DNA of 64,000 bases from a virus (lineage: Duplodnaviria > Caudoviricetes). Every line of letters begins with the position of its first letter. The stretch's first letter is position 1. This document shows, one piece after another, positions 63,515 to 64,000 of the stretch. The stretch lies in the IMG/VR virus record IMGVR_UViG_3300027749_000034. One strand, written 5' to 3'. Under the pieces are notes generated by a model. That model was not told the DNA's origin. It saw only the letters and a list, made by a program, of their open reading frames with translations, and ran no database searches. The translations under genes were made by a program, and so were the position numbers.

Positions 63515-64000
63515 AGAATTACCTCGCAAACTGATCATCGACATTGATGATACTTGCCTTGACACATTAACAGCATTTGTCCGCTGGCTTGCTGTACTAG
63601 GTCGACTCAAAGGCGTCGAAGGCAATCGAATTACAAATAGAGAAACACTGGGTCACTGGTTAAACATTCCAGATGATTTGGCAGATCTTTGGATGGGCGA
63701 ATTTTGCGAACAAACTTGGCAATGGGGCGCACTATATCCAATGCTGGGTTCAGAACAAATACTACCAAAATTGGCCACAGCAGGTTGGGTCATCATTGGG
63801 TATACAAAGTCTAGCAATGAAATGAATCGCGCAATATTGCGTAGAGCAAACTTGGAATTGATCATGCCGGGTGTGTTCAAAGAACTGTATGTGGTTGGTA
63901 GAACTGCTAACCTGTATCCCCTGTTCAAAGAACACGAATATGCAGTCTGCGTTACCAGTACAGAATCCACAGCCCGTATCAGTGCTCAAGCTGGGCATGC
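63495..64000 (+). CDS. HAD-superfamily (5'-nucleotidase-like) protein, 3'-truncated
   Basis: LIIDIDDTCLD (DxDxT); frame open to the window end; start GTG/TTG 63495-63504. Confidence 0.6.
   Translation, partial: MLNLQDEELPRKLIIDIDDTCLDTLTAFVRWLAVLGRLKGVEGNRITNRETLGHWLNIPDDLADLWMGEFCEQTWQWGALYPMLGSEQILPKLATAGWVIIGYTKSSNEMNRAILRRANLELIMPGVFKELYVVGRTANLYPLFKEHEYAVCVTSTESTARISAQAGH

Noticed and set aside
1-64000. Stop-codon reassignment (TAG/TGA recoding) as in some jumbo phages
   Set aside because: Conserved genes (clpP, clpX, ligase, iscU) are uninterrupted in code 11, all three stops end genes, and no suppressor tRNA is seen; the TGA-anticodon tRNA is Ser and the TAG-anticodon tRNA is Leu
1-64000. 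Integrase, transposase, intron or intein
   Set aside because: No recognisable motifs; ligase, ClpP and ClpX are of normal length with no insertions

Overview
64 kb from a large lytic dsDNA bacteriophage (T4-like/jumbo type, standard genetic code). The host is probably a Proteobacterium, likely Betaproteobacteria, inferred from the style of IscU, IscA, bS21 and the secreted low-complexity proteins. Almost everything is on the + strand. Contents: (i) a 17-tRNA array (7.1-11.6 kb) preceded by a leader-peptide/terminator element and interleaved with tRNA-like structured RNAs; (ii) many tailoring enzymes: 10 complete radical-SAM proteins (8 in tandem at 39.4-50.2 kb) plus a probable partial one, 3 PP-loop ATPases, about 8 cupin/2OG-Fe(II) oxygenase-like proteins, a GNAT, a sulfotransferase-like protein and an APS-kinase/nucleotidyltransferase fusion, alongside phage IscU/IscA; (iii) host-takeover genes ClpP, ClpX, ClpS, Hsp20, bS21, BI-1/YccA, peroxiredoxin and gamma-CA; (iv) envelope enzymes: a PlcP-like phosphoesterase plus Agt-like glycosyltransferase pair, PBP7-like and AmpC-like serine enzymes, two SleB hydrolases, a TonB-C protein and a secreted nuclease; (v) ATP-dependent DNA ligase. 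Two promoter classes are visible: sigma70-type GGTTGAC-N17-TATAAT, often with an 18-bp palindrome, and a T4-late-like TAA(A/G)TA box 4-6 nt before SD-less ATGs. All family calls are from motif recognition by eye and all base pairings were counted manually; no database search or folding program was run.
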